From Camelus dromedarius (taxonomy: Eukaryota): a stretch of 64,000 bases of DNA. Both the position numbers and the translations under genes were made by a program. The stretch's first letter is position 1. Each line of letters starts with the position of its first letter. This document shows, in pieces, positions 13,514 through 26,145 of the stretch. The notes under the pieces were generated by a model. It was not told the DNA's origin. It made no database searches and saw only the letters and a program-made list of their open reading frames with translations. Where the stretch lies: positions 48,238,001 to 48,302,000 of the forward strand of contig NC_087436.1 of NCBI RefSeq assembly GCF_036321535.1, given 5' to 3'.

Positions 13514-14588
13514 TGTGGACACAGAAAAATCAGGATTGTTAAGACAGAGAATTGCTCCCCACCTAGTTCCACAAGGGTTAAGTCATAATCCGCTGCAGTT
13601 GCTGACCAGCAGCGCATTCTGAGAAGAAATTAAAATAATAACAGGATGAGGCACTCTGTGCTTTGGACCAGCAGGCCCCATAGATATTTAGATGTATATC
13701 TCAGAGAGAATTTTAATAACCCCAGTTTCTTTCATCTTCCCATACAATAGAAAAGCACTAATATCATTAACTTGAGGCATCTCTTCTTTGTGATTAGCAG
13801 TAACATTTTGTTGCAGGAAAATGGGGCACAAGAGGATGGTCATGTCCCAGGTCTCAGGCAAGTCGCTGGAATGCACCCCACAAAGTGAGGGTCCTTGGCT
13901 TCACACAGGAAAGAATTCAAGAGTGAGCCATAGTAAAGTGAAAGTAGATTTATTCAGAGATACACACTCCACAGATGGAGTGTGGGCTGTCTCAGAAGGT
14001 GAGAGGGGGCCCCAGAGCATGGAGTCCTCTAGGAAAGTGAGACTGTCAGAAAATGTGGGGGTGGTTAGATTTTGTGTACCAGGTAATTCCACATGCTAAC
14101 AAGGAGGATTATTCCAACTACTTTGGGGAATGGGCAGGGATTTCCCAGAACTGAGTCACTGCCCACTTTTTAACCTTTTATAGCCCGCCTTGGAACTGTC
14201 ATGATGTTTGTAGGAGTGCCTTTTATCATGCTAATACATTACAGTGAGTGTATAACGAGATTCAAGGTCGACTGGAAGTTGAATTTTCCGCCACCTTGGG
14301 CCTAGTCGGGTTTTAACCAGTTTATGTCTATCCTCAATAGCTGTGTCATTCTTTTAATGGTTGTGTCATGCCCCCTTCCCTCTTGTCTCACTTTTACAAA
14401 GATGTATGTTTGACTACACATATTCCCTAGCCAAAAATCACATACTAACTGGCTTCTCCCCTACCTCTTTGGAGCAGTTTCATCAGAGCTAACTAAGTGG
14501 CTCTCTCCCAGGCTATAGTCCTCAGTAAGTCCTTGAATAAAATTTAAAATCACAATTTTTATGTCCTGTATGTTTCTTTAAGTAAACA
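13514..14588 (+). mobile_element. ERV1-class solo LTR, split at 13808/14391
   Basis: TG...CA termini; AATAAA near 14536; flanks AACA/AACC; shares blocks with the LTR at 58801 (CCCATAC..TAGAAAAG..CTAA...TTAACTTGAG). Confidence 0.8.
13809..14390 (-). mobile_element. Second ERV1-class solo LTR nested in the previous one
   Basis: TGTTGCAGG...CTTGTCTCA termini; GGAAAGAATTCAAGAGTGAGCCATAGTAAAGTGAAAGTAGATTTATT is typical of antisense ERV1 LTRs; flanks ATTT/CTTT. Confidence 0.8.
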
Positions 14589-15180
14589 AACCCCTGCCTG
14601 CATCATGTTTGTTAACATCGCAAAGTTATTGGACAAAGTAAGTTGCAAAACCAGCCTGGAGTCTGTGGGAAGCACTAACAATGGGTCTGGATTAGAGAAA
14701 GATTATTTGTAATCACTTTTGCAATCCACCACAGCTCATTTATTTGTTGGTTGATTGGTCTATTTTCAATGCTAGGCATAGGCTAGACATGTCCGATGAG
14801 ACATCTGGTGTAGGTACGTTAATGCATTCCTATTAAACTTGAAAATCAGAAGAGTTGGGCTGTCTTTTTAAATGATCAATTTAAATTTATACTCAATTAA
14901 AAATTAAAGGGATACATTTTGAGGCTTTCAAAATTCTTTAAATTCACAAATATAATATGACCATATCATTTTTTCCATAAAATAAAGTGTGTTTCACTGT
15001 TTATAGCATAGCCTAGGGCTACTACCAAATTTAACATTCCATTTTTTAATTTATCCAATATTTCTATTTTCTGGTTAAGAAGAAACACCTTCTTAGACCT
15101 AACCCCTTTTCTTCTTGTCTACTGTGAGGACTAGTAATTGGCTTTGTTTACAAGGCCAGTTTTATACACAGAGACTGGTT

Positions 15181-15206
15181 ATACACACACATACACATAC
15201 ACACAC
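15181..15206. repeat. Imperfect (CA)n microsatellite
   Basis: Direct reading. Confidence 0.9.
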
Positions 15207-16901
15207 TCAAAATTACACCACAAACCTATGACACTGTTCTCACTTCAATTCACTTTGGCTATTTCATATAGAATGATGAATAGAGAAAATATAATAACAT
15301 AAGCAATGAAGTTAGGTGGTCAGCTAGATTCATCCACTAGTCAAATGTCTTTATCCTACATATGAAGCCTCTCTAAGCATACAATTCAATGAAGACCTCA
15401 GCAAAATCACTGATGACTATACACCATAACTTTTGGGAGCCTCACAAATAATTAAAACCAAGAATGTTAAGGCCATGATTACCAAAATTATATACGACCT
15501 TACTCTTCATAATCAAGAAAAAAATTTAAATATTTGAGTAATATAAATATGTGGACATATATAAATGCTGGCCCATCTTTCAATACAAGAAGTTGCTTTA
15601 TATGATACCTAACTTGTTTTTAATTATGCCAACGTTATCTGAAACTTCTCAATATTCCCCTACAAGGAATTTAGTTCTAAAAAATGATTACCAAAGAAAT
15701 ATTTGGCCAGACTACCTAAATGTTTCTTTCATGATTCCCAACTCTTACCAGTGGGGCTGGCATATTCCTAACATATGCTTCAAATGGCCTATCACTCAAG
15801 GGCCCAAGCTTCTTACAAGTATTTTGATAGTACCTTTTTTGGTACATGCCTGCTATAACTCATATCCAACATTAACTCCATAGTTAAAAACAAATAAATA
15901 GAGCTATTAAACTATTCCACATAAAATGTGATGAAACTTTTCTCTGCCACATTAAAAAAAAAAAAAGTAAATCTCAACCACCAAACAAAAAAGAGACACT
16001 GCTAGCTAAAGAGTAGCTTTGCTGGCCAAGAGAGGAGTCACTAATGAAATGTCTGGGAAAGCACTTTGATCTCTGCTGGATGTGCCCGTCATGGTTTGCA
16101 TGAGATGCTTCTCCCTTTACACAGAATGAGGACTCAGGAAACTTCTCCACACTGTTGGGAGGGTCAGACAACTGAGGGGTGGAGGGGGTGTTTTCTGGGA
16201 AATGAGAAATGAGAGGTAAACATACTGGATTTTCTTTTTCTGCCATACCATGCATTTGTCTGCTTTTCAGGGTCCTTGATGTACTGCATTTTCCCCCAGC
16301 AAGTTCCTAGCACCGTCCAACAAGCTTCCTGAATTATAGTCACACATCTACACACTGCTGTTTTACAAAGGAACACTGTAACCTGTTATATTTGGACACT
16401 CTTCTTAGTGAGGCAAAACAGATGTCAAGAGAGGAAGACTATCAGTCTAAAGCTAAGGTGAGAGGAGAAAATTAAAATAAAAACTTCAAAATAAATCATT
16501 CACTAGGGAGTCAGTAGATGACAACATATGACAAAGTGGGGTGGCAGCTCCAGGGAGGAAGCTCAAAATAGGCTCAAGATCCTGTTTCAGAAAGAGAGTG
16601 CATTGTAAGTGCTAAAAGCACCTCATTTTCAGCAGGATCATCTGTGGATCCACAAAGGAATTGCAGGAAGCAGAAATTCTTATGAAATCAAGCATAGGAT
16701 CCCTAGCATGTCCAAAAGCTAGTTATGAATCTATAATCAGCACAGATTCAAATGCATCCTCACCAAGCTCCCGCCTCCCAACGCCATCTTTAAACCCTCC
16801 ACATATTTGTGACATTGCTGTACTGTAGGTCTCTCTTTCACTGTCCTCCCTTCTACTCTCCCTCCATCTCTCCCTCCACCCCACTCATATTTTTTTTGTT
16901 C

Positions 16902-16902
16902 T

Positions 16903-16935
<33 letters not shown>
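16902..16935. repeat. (TAGA)n(CAGA)n compound microsatellite
   Basis: Direct reading. Confidence 0.92.
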
Positions 16936-16964
16936 TGATGGGTGATAACTCTCCTTTTTTTTTT

Positions 16965-17092
16965 TTATCTCCTCCCTTAAATTACAAGGCTCTGGAAAGT
17001 GGGAACAGTGTCTACTGTTCCCTATGCACATCCAAGTATTATTCACATGGTAGCTGCTGAGAAATGCTTTTGAACTATCTGATTAAATGATT
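16965..17092 (+). mobile_element. L2 3' end
   Basis: TTAAATTACAAGGCTCTGGAAAGTGGGAACAGTGTCT...AAATGCTTTTGAA...TAAATGA. Confidence 0.6.
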
Positions 17093-18311
17093 CAAGAGTT
17101 TTAGACTCCTTTTATAGAGCATAAAGGAAAAATATGCATGTAACAGAATATATACAATTAGAACCAAGTGCTTTTGAGTATTTTCAGAAGAAAAATGCCA
17201 AACCCTGCTTGGCAAAGACATATGCCTTTATTTTATTTCAGTGGCACTTCAAGAGGCACACCCGAGGCCAAAATTTAATATTTTTAAAATATAGAAAAAT
17301 ACTCAGAATCAGCAGTTACCTCTGTTTTTGTAAGTTCTATATTTTGGCACTGGAGACATGATATTGCTGAGGCAAGACGATCGCCCTGTTCTCGATTCTG
17401 TGGCATATAATTTGAATATTCCATAGCACTGAATTATAGCAAGCATCTGATTCAGTTAATGTTCAGAAAACTCTGGTTAAGCGAAGAATCCATCTGGCCT
17501 AAATCAAACTGGGTGAGAGCTTACCAGAGAACCAAGGAGAGAACAGCTCTTTGGGGATATATGATACTGTCCAGTTCTCCAAGGAGGTGAAATTACAGGG
17601 GAAGAGGTAGTTCATCAAATCTGAATCTCATTTGCAAGACTTATCACCAAAGGTGGAGGACTAGTAAAGAACTAGGTCAAAACACTATTTCTTTAGTTCT
17701 ACGCAAAACTGGTACCTCAACTACCTTATCTGGACAACTGCCTCTCCTTCTCGACATCGATTCCTTAGCACCGCCACCAATATTACCCTCATCTTTTACC
17801 AAAAATAAGAAATTCCATGTATCTCAAGATCACTTCTAGTATCTCACAGTACCTATACCAAGAAGCTCTTACTATCTACATAGCCTGTTTCAATTTAAGC
17901 CTATTCAATCTTACATTCTAACACACAAGGCAGGCAGACACCTGTGAATCATTTGAAAATGACAAATGCTATTTAAGGAAGACCTAGAGTATGACCCCTT
18001 ATAATTATGAATGATTCAGTAAAAGAATAAGGAAATAGCTCAAGTATACAGGCCAAAGGAACACAATTACTTTTTCCTGCAGTTTTAGATAATACAGTGA
18101 TTCACTTAGGCATGCCTACTTTAAATATTGATGTAGTCTCAAGAGATGATAGAATGCCTTTCTGGATGGCTGTAAGGACTTTAAGTTCAATCAGCAGCAC
18201 GGAGACAACAGGCCGTTCATTTCCATCCTCCAAATAACACAAAACAGTTACTTCATCCTCAGGCCTGTTGAGAGGCCAATAAAATCACTGCATTGCATTA
18301 ACTTGCACTTC

Positions 18312-18330
18312 TGGGCCTCTAGATGGTGGC
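18312..18330 (+). promoter_or_regulatory. Candidate CTCF core motif
   Basis: TGGGCCTCTAGATGGTGGC versus consensus CCNCYAGRKGGCR (one core mismatch), in unique sequence. Confidence 0.35.
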
Positions 18331-19484
18331 TGTAAAATTGGAAGTGTTTGGATGAACACTTCACAGGATTTGATGATGAGTGCTTTTCACAATAGGAAAT
18401 GTGAGTCACACAGATTTTACAAGGGTATCGGCCTCATGAAGAAAGCCTGAAAAACTGGAATGAAATGTTAACTCTGCCAGAAGAGCGTCAGGAGGCACAC
18501 CAAGAGACAACATTGAAACCAAGTAAGTTACACTGTGTAAATCAAAGTTCCATTTTCCCATTTAGAAAATGGGCTCTGGCAGCCAAGTCTTTACTGTCCT
18601 GAGCAACAATAGTAGGAACCAGAATGGTTGCTATGAACGTATATAGAGTTTTCATAACCCAGTGTTCCTTGGCACATATCCCCCCTCTGGGTATCTTAGT
18701 GACTTTGCTTTATCATGGCTGAAAATAACAGAAACATTCTCATCCAAATAATATTCACGTAGGTGTATTTAATTGCATGTAAATGTTGTATGATTCCTCA
18801 TGCCATGTGGAGCTGGAGCCTTAAATCCATGTAGGAGATGGGATGGGGGGCATTACTTACCTATTTGCTATGCAGCCACCCAGCAATTAAGCAGTTTTCT
18901 ATTTTACAATCAACATAGATGCATTTCACAAAGGGTATGAAATTATGGTAATTTGAGAGGATTGTTGAAACAAATATAAAAATCCCAGAAACAAAAATCT
19001 GTTTCCTTTTGTAACTAAATTATTAATGTTAGAGGAATTGACCCAAAATGGGCAGACACTATTTCAAAATCACATTTTTAAAAAATACATTTAAATTTTT
19101 TTTTTGTTTCTGGCTTTTCTAAATAAGCTTCCATAAATGATAACATTTTTAACCTTATTGGAAAAATTTGCCTTTATAAATTTTATAATTTAAAATACTC
19201 AAATTGGGACTTAAAATAGGTTAGATACAAGGAACTTCTGAAATAGTAAATACTTTCATTGTCTTTTGCTTTGAACTTTTGCATTTTTACTTTAAATACA
19301 AATGTTTTCCATTTATTCAGTTAAATGTAATTTTTAAAAAAAGAAATGTATGTAGAGGTAGGCCTCTAAGAATTTTTTAAAAAAAGGAAAGACAATTTTA
19401 ACATGTTTCAAAAATAAGTGTTTTGGCAAAAATGTCTTTTATACTTCTTCTGTTTCAGTTTCCATACAAATTTAAACCTCTTTG

Positions 19485-19556
19485 TTTACAACCATCAACA
19501 ACAAAAAAAGGATAAAGAAAATAAAGTGGATTTTTAATTGAGAAATACAATTTAAT
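19485..19556 (-). terminator. Candidate polyadenylation site
   Basis: Two ATTAAA hexamers on minus (19551-19556, 19533-19538) followed by U/GU-rich TTTATTTTCTTTATCCTTTTTTTGTTGTTGATGGTTGT. Confidence 0.55.
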
Positions 19557-22500
19557 TGTAAATCAAGAAAGCACAGTAAGAGTGTTGCTCATTAAAAGTC
19601 CAACTCCAGTTCTGGAAGTCATCCTCCCAGACATGTAACATATATTTTACAACAGCAGGTCCAGATCTGTTTTCTGAAATGACACACATTATAAAAAATA
19701 TTCACATGAGTCACTTACACTCCAATAAAAGTGAAAAAAAGTTGTGGAGAAGTAAAGTTAAAAAAACCATGAACACAATTATCACCACTAAATTTTATAT
19801 CCCAAGTTGTAACAATTATTTGATCAATGACTGTCACTTACTTAAAAAGGCAAAACGTCTACATAGCTGTAAAAAATGTACCTGCCAGTATCTAAATTAT
19901 GTGCTCTCTACCCTGGGCCAAATTTAACTGCAGCGCTTTTTCACCCACCAACTGAATATTGTACAGTTAGTTCTACGAAGTGAAAATGACTATTATAGAG
20001 ATAACCTTCAATCTGCTCTGATATTTTTTATTAATTACTTTAAAAAGTATCTTTGGTTCCATATTTTTGTATCACTGAAAAAACATTTCCCATCAAGTTA
20101 TAATACATATGGCCCTTTGGATGCTATGGCTAAAAAGTAATACATTTTTTAAAAAGTGTTTTTAACATAATATTTTATACTGGTACATATCAACATGTAG
20201 AAAAGTAAATGCATATTCCAAAAAGCAAAAGTAAATTACCAAAATCCATGTGCTAGTGACCACATGAAGACACACAGCTGCTTGCTAAATCAATTGTTTA
20301 TGATGGAAAAATAGCAGTCAGATTAGCTCTCAAAAGCATAAGAGTTTGTGCTGAAGGTGATTTTTCCCAGAGCAACAACTTTAGAACATTTACTCTTGGT
20401 GTTTGAAAACTGCAATTAAAATAAGCGAACATTTTGGTGCCTCTAAACATATTCTAATGTCCCCAGTACCTTACAAATGAATCATTCAAATTCTTGATTT
20501 CTAGGGTTGAACACCAGTGATTTTTAGCAAGCAGAAAGCAAAGAATTAAAACACTTCTCCAGTGATACTGGGTGAGCATTACTAAGAATTTTCTGTAAGT
20601 ATATTAAATCATGAAATGCTGAGAGAAGAAATCTATGCAATTTCAGATGTAAGATTCAGGAAGAGGATACTGTCTACGTAGAGATGGGAAAGTCAGTATT
20701 TTTTATGTGAAAGCAGAATACATTATAACATTCCCACTCATTTCAGCTTCATAATCCTTTTAAAGATCAGGTCTGGATCCAGCCGTTTCTGGCCAGTGAC
20801 TGTTGCTATTTTTAATTTACAGTCCTGAGTAAATGTCTTTGTCCTCCTCAAGAACTCTTTGCTGGAAGGGCTTCAGTTGGACCTCAGACTTAATTTGTAC
20901 ATATGTACATTCAGAAGACTGTTGAACCAAAATGTCTTACTTCTAGCCAACCAACCCATAATATGCACGGGGGTGGGGGGGTTAGTTTCCATCCATCTCC
21001 AGATCTTGGTCTTATTAAGTCAGTACCTTTTATGGATATTTGAAAGGATAAGTTTACCAAACAGATGGCAGTCTTCATCAACTTTGAACCAGAGATCACT
21101 AATTGAAAATACCTGCTACAATTTGAAAGAATTGCCACAGAAATATGGTTGCCACCCCAAAGGGCCAAATTAACACAGAGATAAAGCCTGCTACACTGCC
21201 TTTTGTTTTGGAGGGAAATAAAACACACACATCATTTTCCACTTACTGTCCCAGCACCATCCATCCCATCCCACACCTGCAGGAAACAGCTCAGATTTTC
21301 CAGTACTCTTTACTTCCCATGACATGCCAGCTGTGACAGATTTGTATATGCCACCAATACTTTCCCCTGCCTACATACAAATCTACACTTCATTTGCTAG
21401 ACTTCTTGTACTTTCTTTTTTCACTTCTTCTCACAATTAAGGCAAATGTATCTTCTTTATGCCTTCTCTTCTCTTTGACTGCAGATGGAGGAGATCAAGC
21501 AAACGCCTAGCCTCATACAAGAGATGTAGAGCTACAGTATGGAAGGAGCCTACATCCCCAAGTCACCACGTGGGGCAGTCTCTGTCTCTCTGAACTGTAC
21601 TGAACTTCCACAAAAGCAGAAAATATACTCTTACTGTGTTAGGCTTCCTTAGGTTTAGAGGTTGTTTATCATAGCATTTAGCATGTACACTGATCAGCAA
21701 ACGCCTCCTCTTGTAAGTTATTACCACAGTCAAGTGTATAATTTTACTCTCTGGATTTCTTAAAAAAAAAAAATTTTTTTTTGTTTTCATTGTGGAAGGA
21801 GTCTACCATGGCCAAGCCAGTAGGAGCTTTACAAAGTGTCTCTCAGCTGGAGTTATTCTTTGCATTTTCCTCACTCATGACTCATCCAATGACCATTCTA
21901 AAACGATTTCCTCCTTTGCTACTATAATTTACTTGCAAGAATGGAGGAGTTCTTACAGTAGGATAATGACCCTGGAGTTCCACGGAGAGGCTAGCAGTAT
22001 GAAATGGAGATGAGATCACCTTGTACTGAACTATGTAACTATGATTTCAGAATCACAGAAGTGTTAAATCATGTTAGGCCACTAACTTTGGCCTTCTGGA
22101 AATTTTCATTGCTTTACAGGGTAATAAACTATTCCACAAACCAGAGATATGTGGGAAAAGAAGGAAATTCAAGTAGCTGAGTGGAATTAGCCTTATCTTG
22201 TAGATATTGCAGAGTTTCCTACATTTAATCTTTGTGAGCAGTGTGCTACAATTCTTTGGGAATGAAAAACACAGGGAATACATTAGAAACTTAAATTCCA
22301 CTGTTGGACACACTGGAATTTTCAACCATTGTTTTCAGCTGGAAAAGTATAAAATAATAAACTTAGATGTTCTAAGCATGGCCTTTGGAACTTTATTTGT
22401 TGATGCTATCATAAGTACACATATTAAAAGTGAAATGGAAGATGAATAGTTTACAGGGTAAAGAAATATTTTCCATCTTCACAATCTATGGTTTCAGGGC

Positions 22501-24048
22501 TCCCCTAAGGCCTTAAAATGAAGTCTACTTGGTGGTCTCAACTCTAACCCCTGGAGAATGTATTCCACATCTCCAACACAGAACACCTGATTCTGCAGAA
22601 TTTGACACTTCTCTGCAGCCTCCACACAGAAGAAACAGAGGACTTGACATGCATGGAAATTAAATTATCTTTCACGCCTAGAGACTTGCTGTCTCCCCAG
22701 GTCAGGGTTACATTAAGGTCAAATGAAGGAGCTCAAATTTCAACCAATTCCGCTCTAGCTGTGATTCAACAGAAAACACATCCTTCTGAGCTCATGACAA
22801 TCTGCTACATTTTACGTGGTCCATCAAAAATAAGAATAGAATAAACACACCAAGTAAGCCACCTTAAAGGAAAACCAGTTTTGCATTATCAAACCAAGTG
22901 ATTAACTTAAAAGCCAGGACTTGCCTTTAAAATGTGAGTTTCCTACAAGTTCACAAATATATAAGTAAGTTCTGAGGCAGTTATAAAAATCCAGCCTGTG
23001 AACTGGCAAAGACCGATCCTAACTGTTCAATATAACCTTCATAGAAACATAAGAATTGTTCACTTGGTTTTGTTGATGAGTAATTCACAACCTTAAATTA
23101 TATCTGAATGGCTCAGATGCAGTCAAAAATAGAGCCTTTAGGACCCATCCTTAAGGCCTTAATGAAAATATAGAGGCACTTAAAATATAAGATAAAAATC
23201 CTTTTAATTAGAATTAATCATTGGTATTCATAGGGGGTGCCCATCAATGCATAATTACATTAAACTTACTTAAATGTTATGTTTTCAAAGATAATTCTCA
23301 TTACTAAAAATAGACTATTTTACCTGTCCACTTCCACTCAATCCTCTCTCAGCCGACATGTCCAGCCAACTATTGGTTCAAACAAGATAAACCTCAGTCA
23401 GATCAAGAAAGTTAAAAATACATGTAACGCCAGTGCAATAGAATGTTTTCACTTCATTCAGAGCACATTGCATTTCCCACTCTCAGGCAAAGTTTGGAGT
23501 ATTTAATGCATTTATGTAATTAGGCCTAGAAATGAGGGTGATTTGTTTCCAGGTCCTTTAAGATAACTAGATTTTGAATGCAGAAGACATGAAAGTCTTC
23601 TGAATTCCTAGAGGTCACCTGTTCTACTCTTCTTCCCTCTTTGGGCTGCCTAATCAAGTCCTCATTATTGTGCGAGAGAAGCAATGTCAAGAAACAAGCT
23701 TTCTTTCCTTCCTCACTGGAATTTACAGCAGTATTAATCTGTGGACCCACAGCTTCCATTGAAGACCAAATGACTTAAACTGTGCTACCTAATGGGTAAG
23801 CAGCAGGTAAACACGATTAGACACATGCATCTTCAGAACTCAGGTCACTCTTTCACTGTAGGGTTAAAACCATATAATCATCATCAAATTCTTTGATCAA
23901 TTGCAGTCACATTGCAATCATCATTTGCTAAATCAAGCTGTCAAACTTCTTGCCACAAGAATTTCATGTCTTGGGCATGCCCAGTAAGTACACATGGCTA
24001 TGCAACTCTTCACACTTTCAGAATTCAATTGGGAAAAACAAAAGACTC
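19530..24048 (-). other. Putative ~4.5 kb terminal exon / 3'UTR of an unidentified minus-strand gene or lncRNA
   Basis: Strong acceptor TTATTTCTTTGTATTCCTCTTTCTTAG|GAGTC at 24049/24048; repeat-poor, U-rich on minus, no convincing ORF; ends at the poly(A) signal. Confidence 0.5.
21470..21695 (+). mobile_element. MLT1J/I-like MaLR LTR 3' half
   Basis: GAGCTACAGTATGGAAGGAGCCTACATCCCCAAGTCACCAC...TACTGTGTTAGGC...GTTGTTTATCATAGCA. Confidence 0.7.
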
Positions 24049-24131
24049 CTAAGAAAGAGGAATACAAAGAAATAATGTTCCACAAATAGATTAACAAAAG
24101 CAATGTAAACACAACGAGTGATCCAGCTTAC

Positions 24132-24174
24132 CTCTTACCTAATTACCTTCCTAACAATTCATCTTTTCATTTGC
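24132..24174 (-). other. Putative penultimate mini-exon with a stop codon in every frame
   Basis: Acceptor CTTCTTTTCCATCAG|GCAAATG; donor GAG|GTAAGC (alternatives TAG|GTAAGA, AAG|GTAATT); 83-nt intron to the terminal acceptor. Confidence 0.45.
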
Positions 24175-24997
24175 CTGATGGAAAAGAAGCACTTTCAACC
24201 AGTAGATATACAACATACACGGATTATTTATGATGTAATGTATGCAAATAATAAAATGATTTAGATATCAAATCATCAAATTACGTACAAAGTAAATCTA
24301 GGTTTCTACCTCTGTGGCTCAGCAGCATGTCAGCATTAAATCAAAGGGAATTTTTCCCACCTTGTTCCAAAGAGGCTTTCCCACAACCTGGTATTTTCAA
24401 GGAGGTTTCTTTCCATGGCAACTTTCCCCATAATGGGTCTAGGTCCCAAGCCTAATCTGGCTCACTTTAGGTCTGAAAATCATTAACCTCAGAGCTCTTC
24501 AGGTGTTAAAACTCTGTATGCCCATATGTATACAAGGATAGAGCCATTCTTCCAGTTAAAACTGCAAAGTCATGGTGAGATGCAGCAAAAATGTACTCCA
24601 AAGTGAGTGGGGGCAGCGGCCCCTGCCTTGCTAGAGGCAGCACCCTCTGAAGAACTATACTGACTTGTAGCATCCGACCCTCTGATCCCATCTGCATCAC
24701 CTGAGGACAAGGTTTAGCCAGCCTTCTGCCCTCCAGGAAAATGGAGACTAATTTGGTCAAAGCACAAAACTGCAGAAAATTCCTATTACCAAAAGATAAA
24801 TATATATTCTCCAAGCAAACATATGCATTGCTTGCTCATTTCTTTGCCTTTAATTCAAAAGTTATAACAAGTAATATGTGATGATTATAAAATTATATAC
24901 ATATAAAACATATGAAATAGAGATTCACCTTTCCCCAATACCACAGACTTCAAAGGAAATATTGGAAAACCATTTTTATGCATTTATAGATATAGAC

Positions 24998-25253
24998 AAT
25001 AACAATAATAGTCAAAATACATACAGTATTTACCATGTGCCAGGATTTGTGCCAATGACTTTTATAAGTGATAAGTTATTTAGTGCTTATAATAAATCAA
25101 TAGGAACTATCATTGTCTACATTTTACAGATAATAAAACTGAGGCACAGAGAAAATAAGTGAATTGCCCATGTTACAGAGGTAGTGACTCAGCTGAGATT
25201 TGAATTCAGACATTTTTATTCCAGATTCCATGTTTAAATACCATGCAATACTG
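24998..25253 (-). mobile_element. MIR, near full length
   Basis: TACCATGTGCCAGG...CATTTTACAGATAATAAAACTGAGGCACAGAGAAAATAAGTGAATTGCCCA...GATTTGAATTCAG. Confidence 0.9.
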
Positions 25254-25479
25254 TCCCTAAATTAAATGACAAAGATTGAGTGCAGGTAAAGGTAGAGGCA
25301 GAGATAGCAATATTGGCTATATTCAAATTTGGCAACAGAGAGAGAAGTTGGCACAGGTGCAGATGTGGGTATAGATGTCCACAGGCATGGACAGTGGCAT
25401 AGCTCAAGATAATTTGTGTTATTTTCTGTCTTTCTTATATTAATAAGCTTGTTCTCTCACGTATCATTCTGGGATTTTT

Positions 25480-25690
25480 CTTAATTCTAATTAATTGAGG
25501 TATAATCTACATAACAATACATTTCAACCATTGTACAGTACAGTTCTCTGAATTTAGTCTACTGTTGTATAATCACTACCACAGGAAAGTATACAATATT
25601 TCCATCATCTCCCAAAGTTTTCTCATGCCACTTTGAAGTCAGCCTTTCCCCTACTTTCAAGCTGCGGCAACCACTGACCTGCTTTCTATG
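25480..25690 (-). mobile_element. Old L1M 3' end
   Basis: TTAATTGAGGTATAATCTACATAACAATAC...GGCAACCACTGACCTGCTTTCT. Confidence 0.8.
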
Positions 25691-26078
25691 GGACTTAACA
25701 ATGGACCTTAGAAATTACTCTATGGAAATGGTAAGAATGGGATAAATTCCAGTGATTCTGCAAAATATAATCTGTATTAGCTAAACTGTGACTTAACCTT
25801 CATACATTTATAATGGAGTTTTCATACTCCATTGAAAGTGGCATTACAGAATAGATTTGTACAATAGCCCTTTTATAGTCTTCTATTTCAAGATCTATAG
25901 CAAATGATAAAGAAGAGCAGTACGGAGTACACAACTTTTCTCCCAAAAGATTATCAAGCATTAGGAAGAAACAGCAGTTGTCAATCTAGCCTCCTTCAAC
26001 TTGCTGAAAAGCAATGGAGGTAGTTAATGAGAACCGGTGGAGAGGAGTGGAAAAAGGAAAGAAACATTAAAAACAGTA

Positions 26079-26145
26079 TAAACTATTTTGCATATTTTAC
26101 TGTAGACTATTTTGCATATTTTCTGTAAACTATTTTGCATTTTTT
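26079..26145. repeat. ~24-bp tandem repeat, about 3 copies
   Basis: Unit approximately TAAACTATTTTGCATATTTT(A)CTG. Confidence 0.9.

Larger units (their letters stand above)
13181..14733 (-). mobile_element. MaLR LTR (MLT1H/F-like) split by nested ERV LTRs; pieces ~13181-13513 and 14589-14733
   Basis: TCAGTTATTTATTGCTGAATAGCAGACTAACACAAAACTTAACAGCTTAAAACAATAA start; ...CATGCAAGCCTTTTTCAAAC continues as CCCTGCCTGCATCATGTTTGTTAACATC and ends GCAATCCACCACA. Confidence 0.75.
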
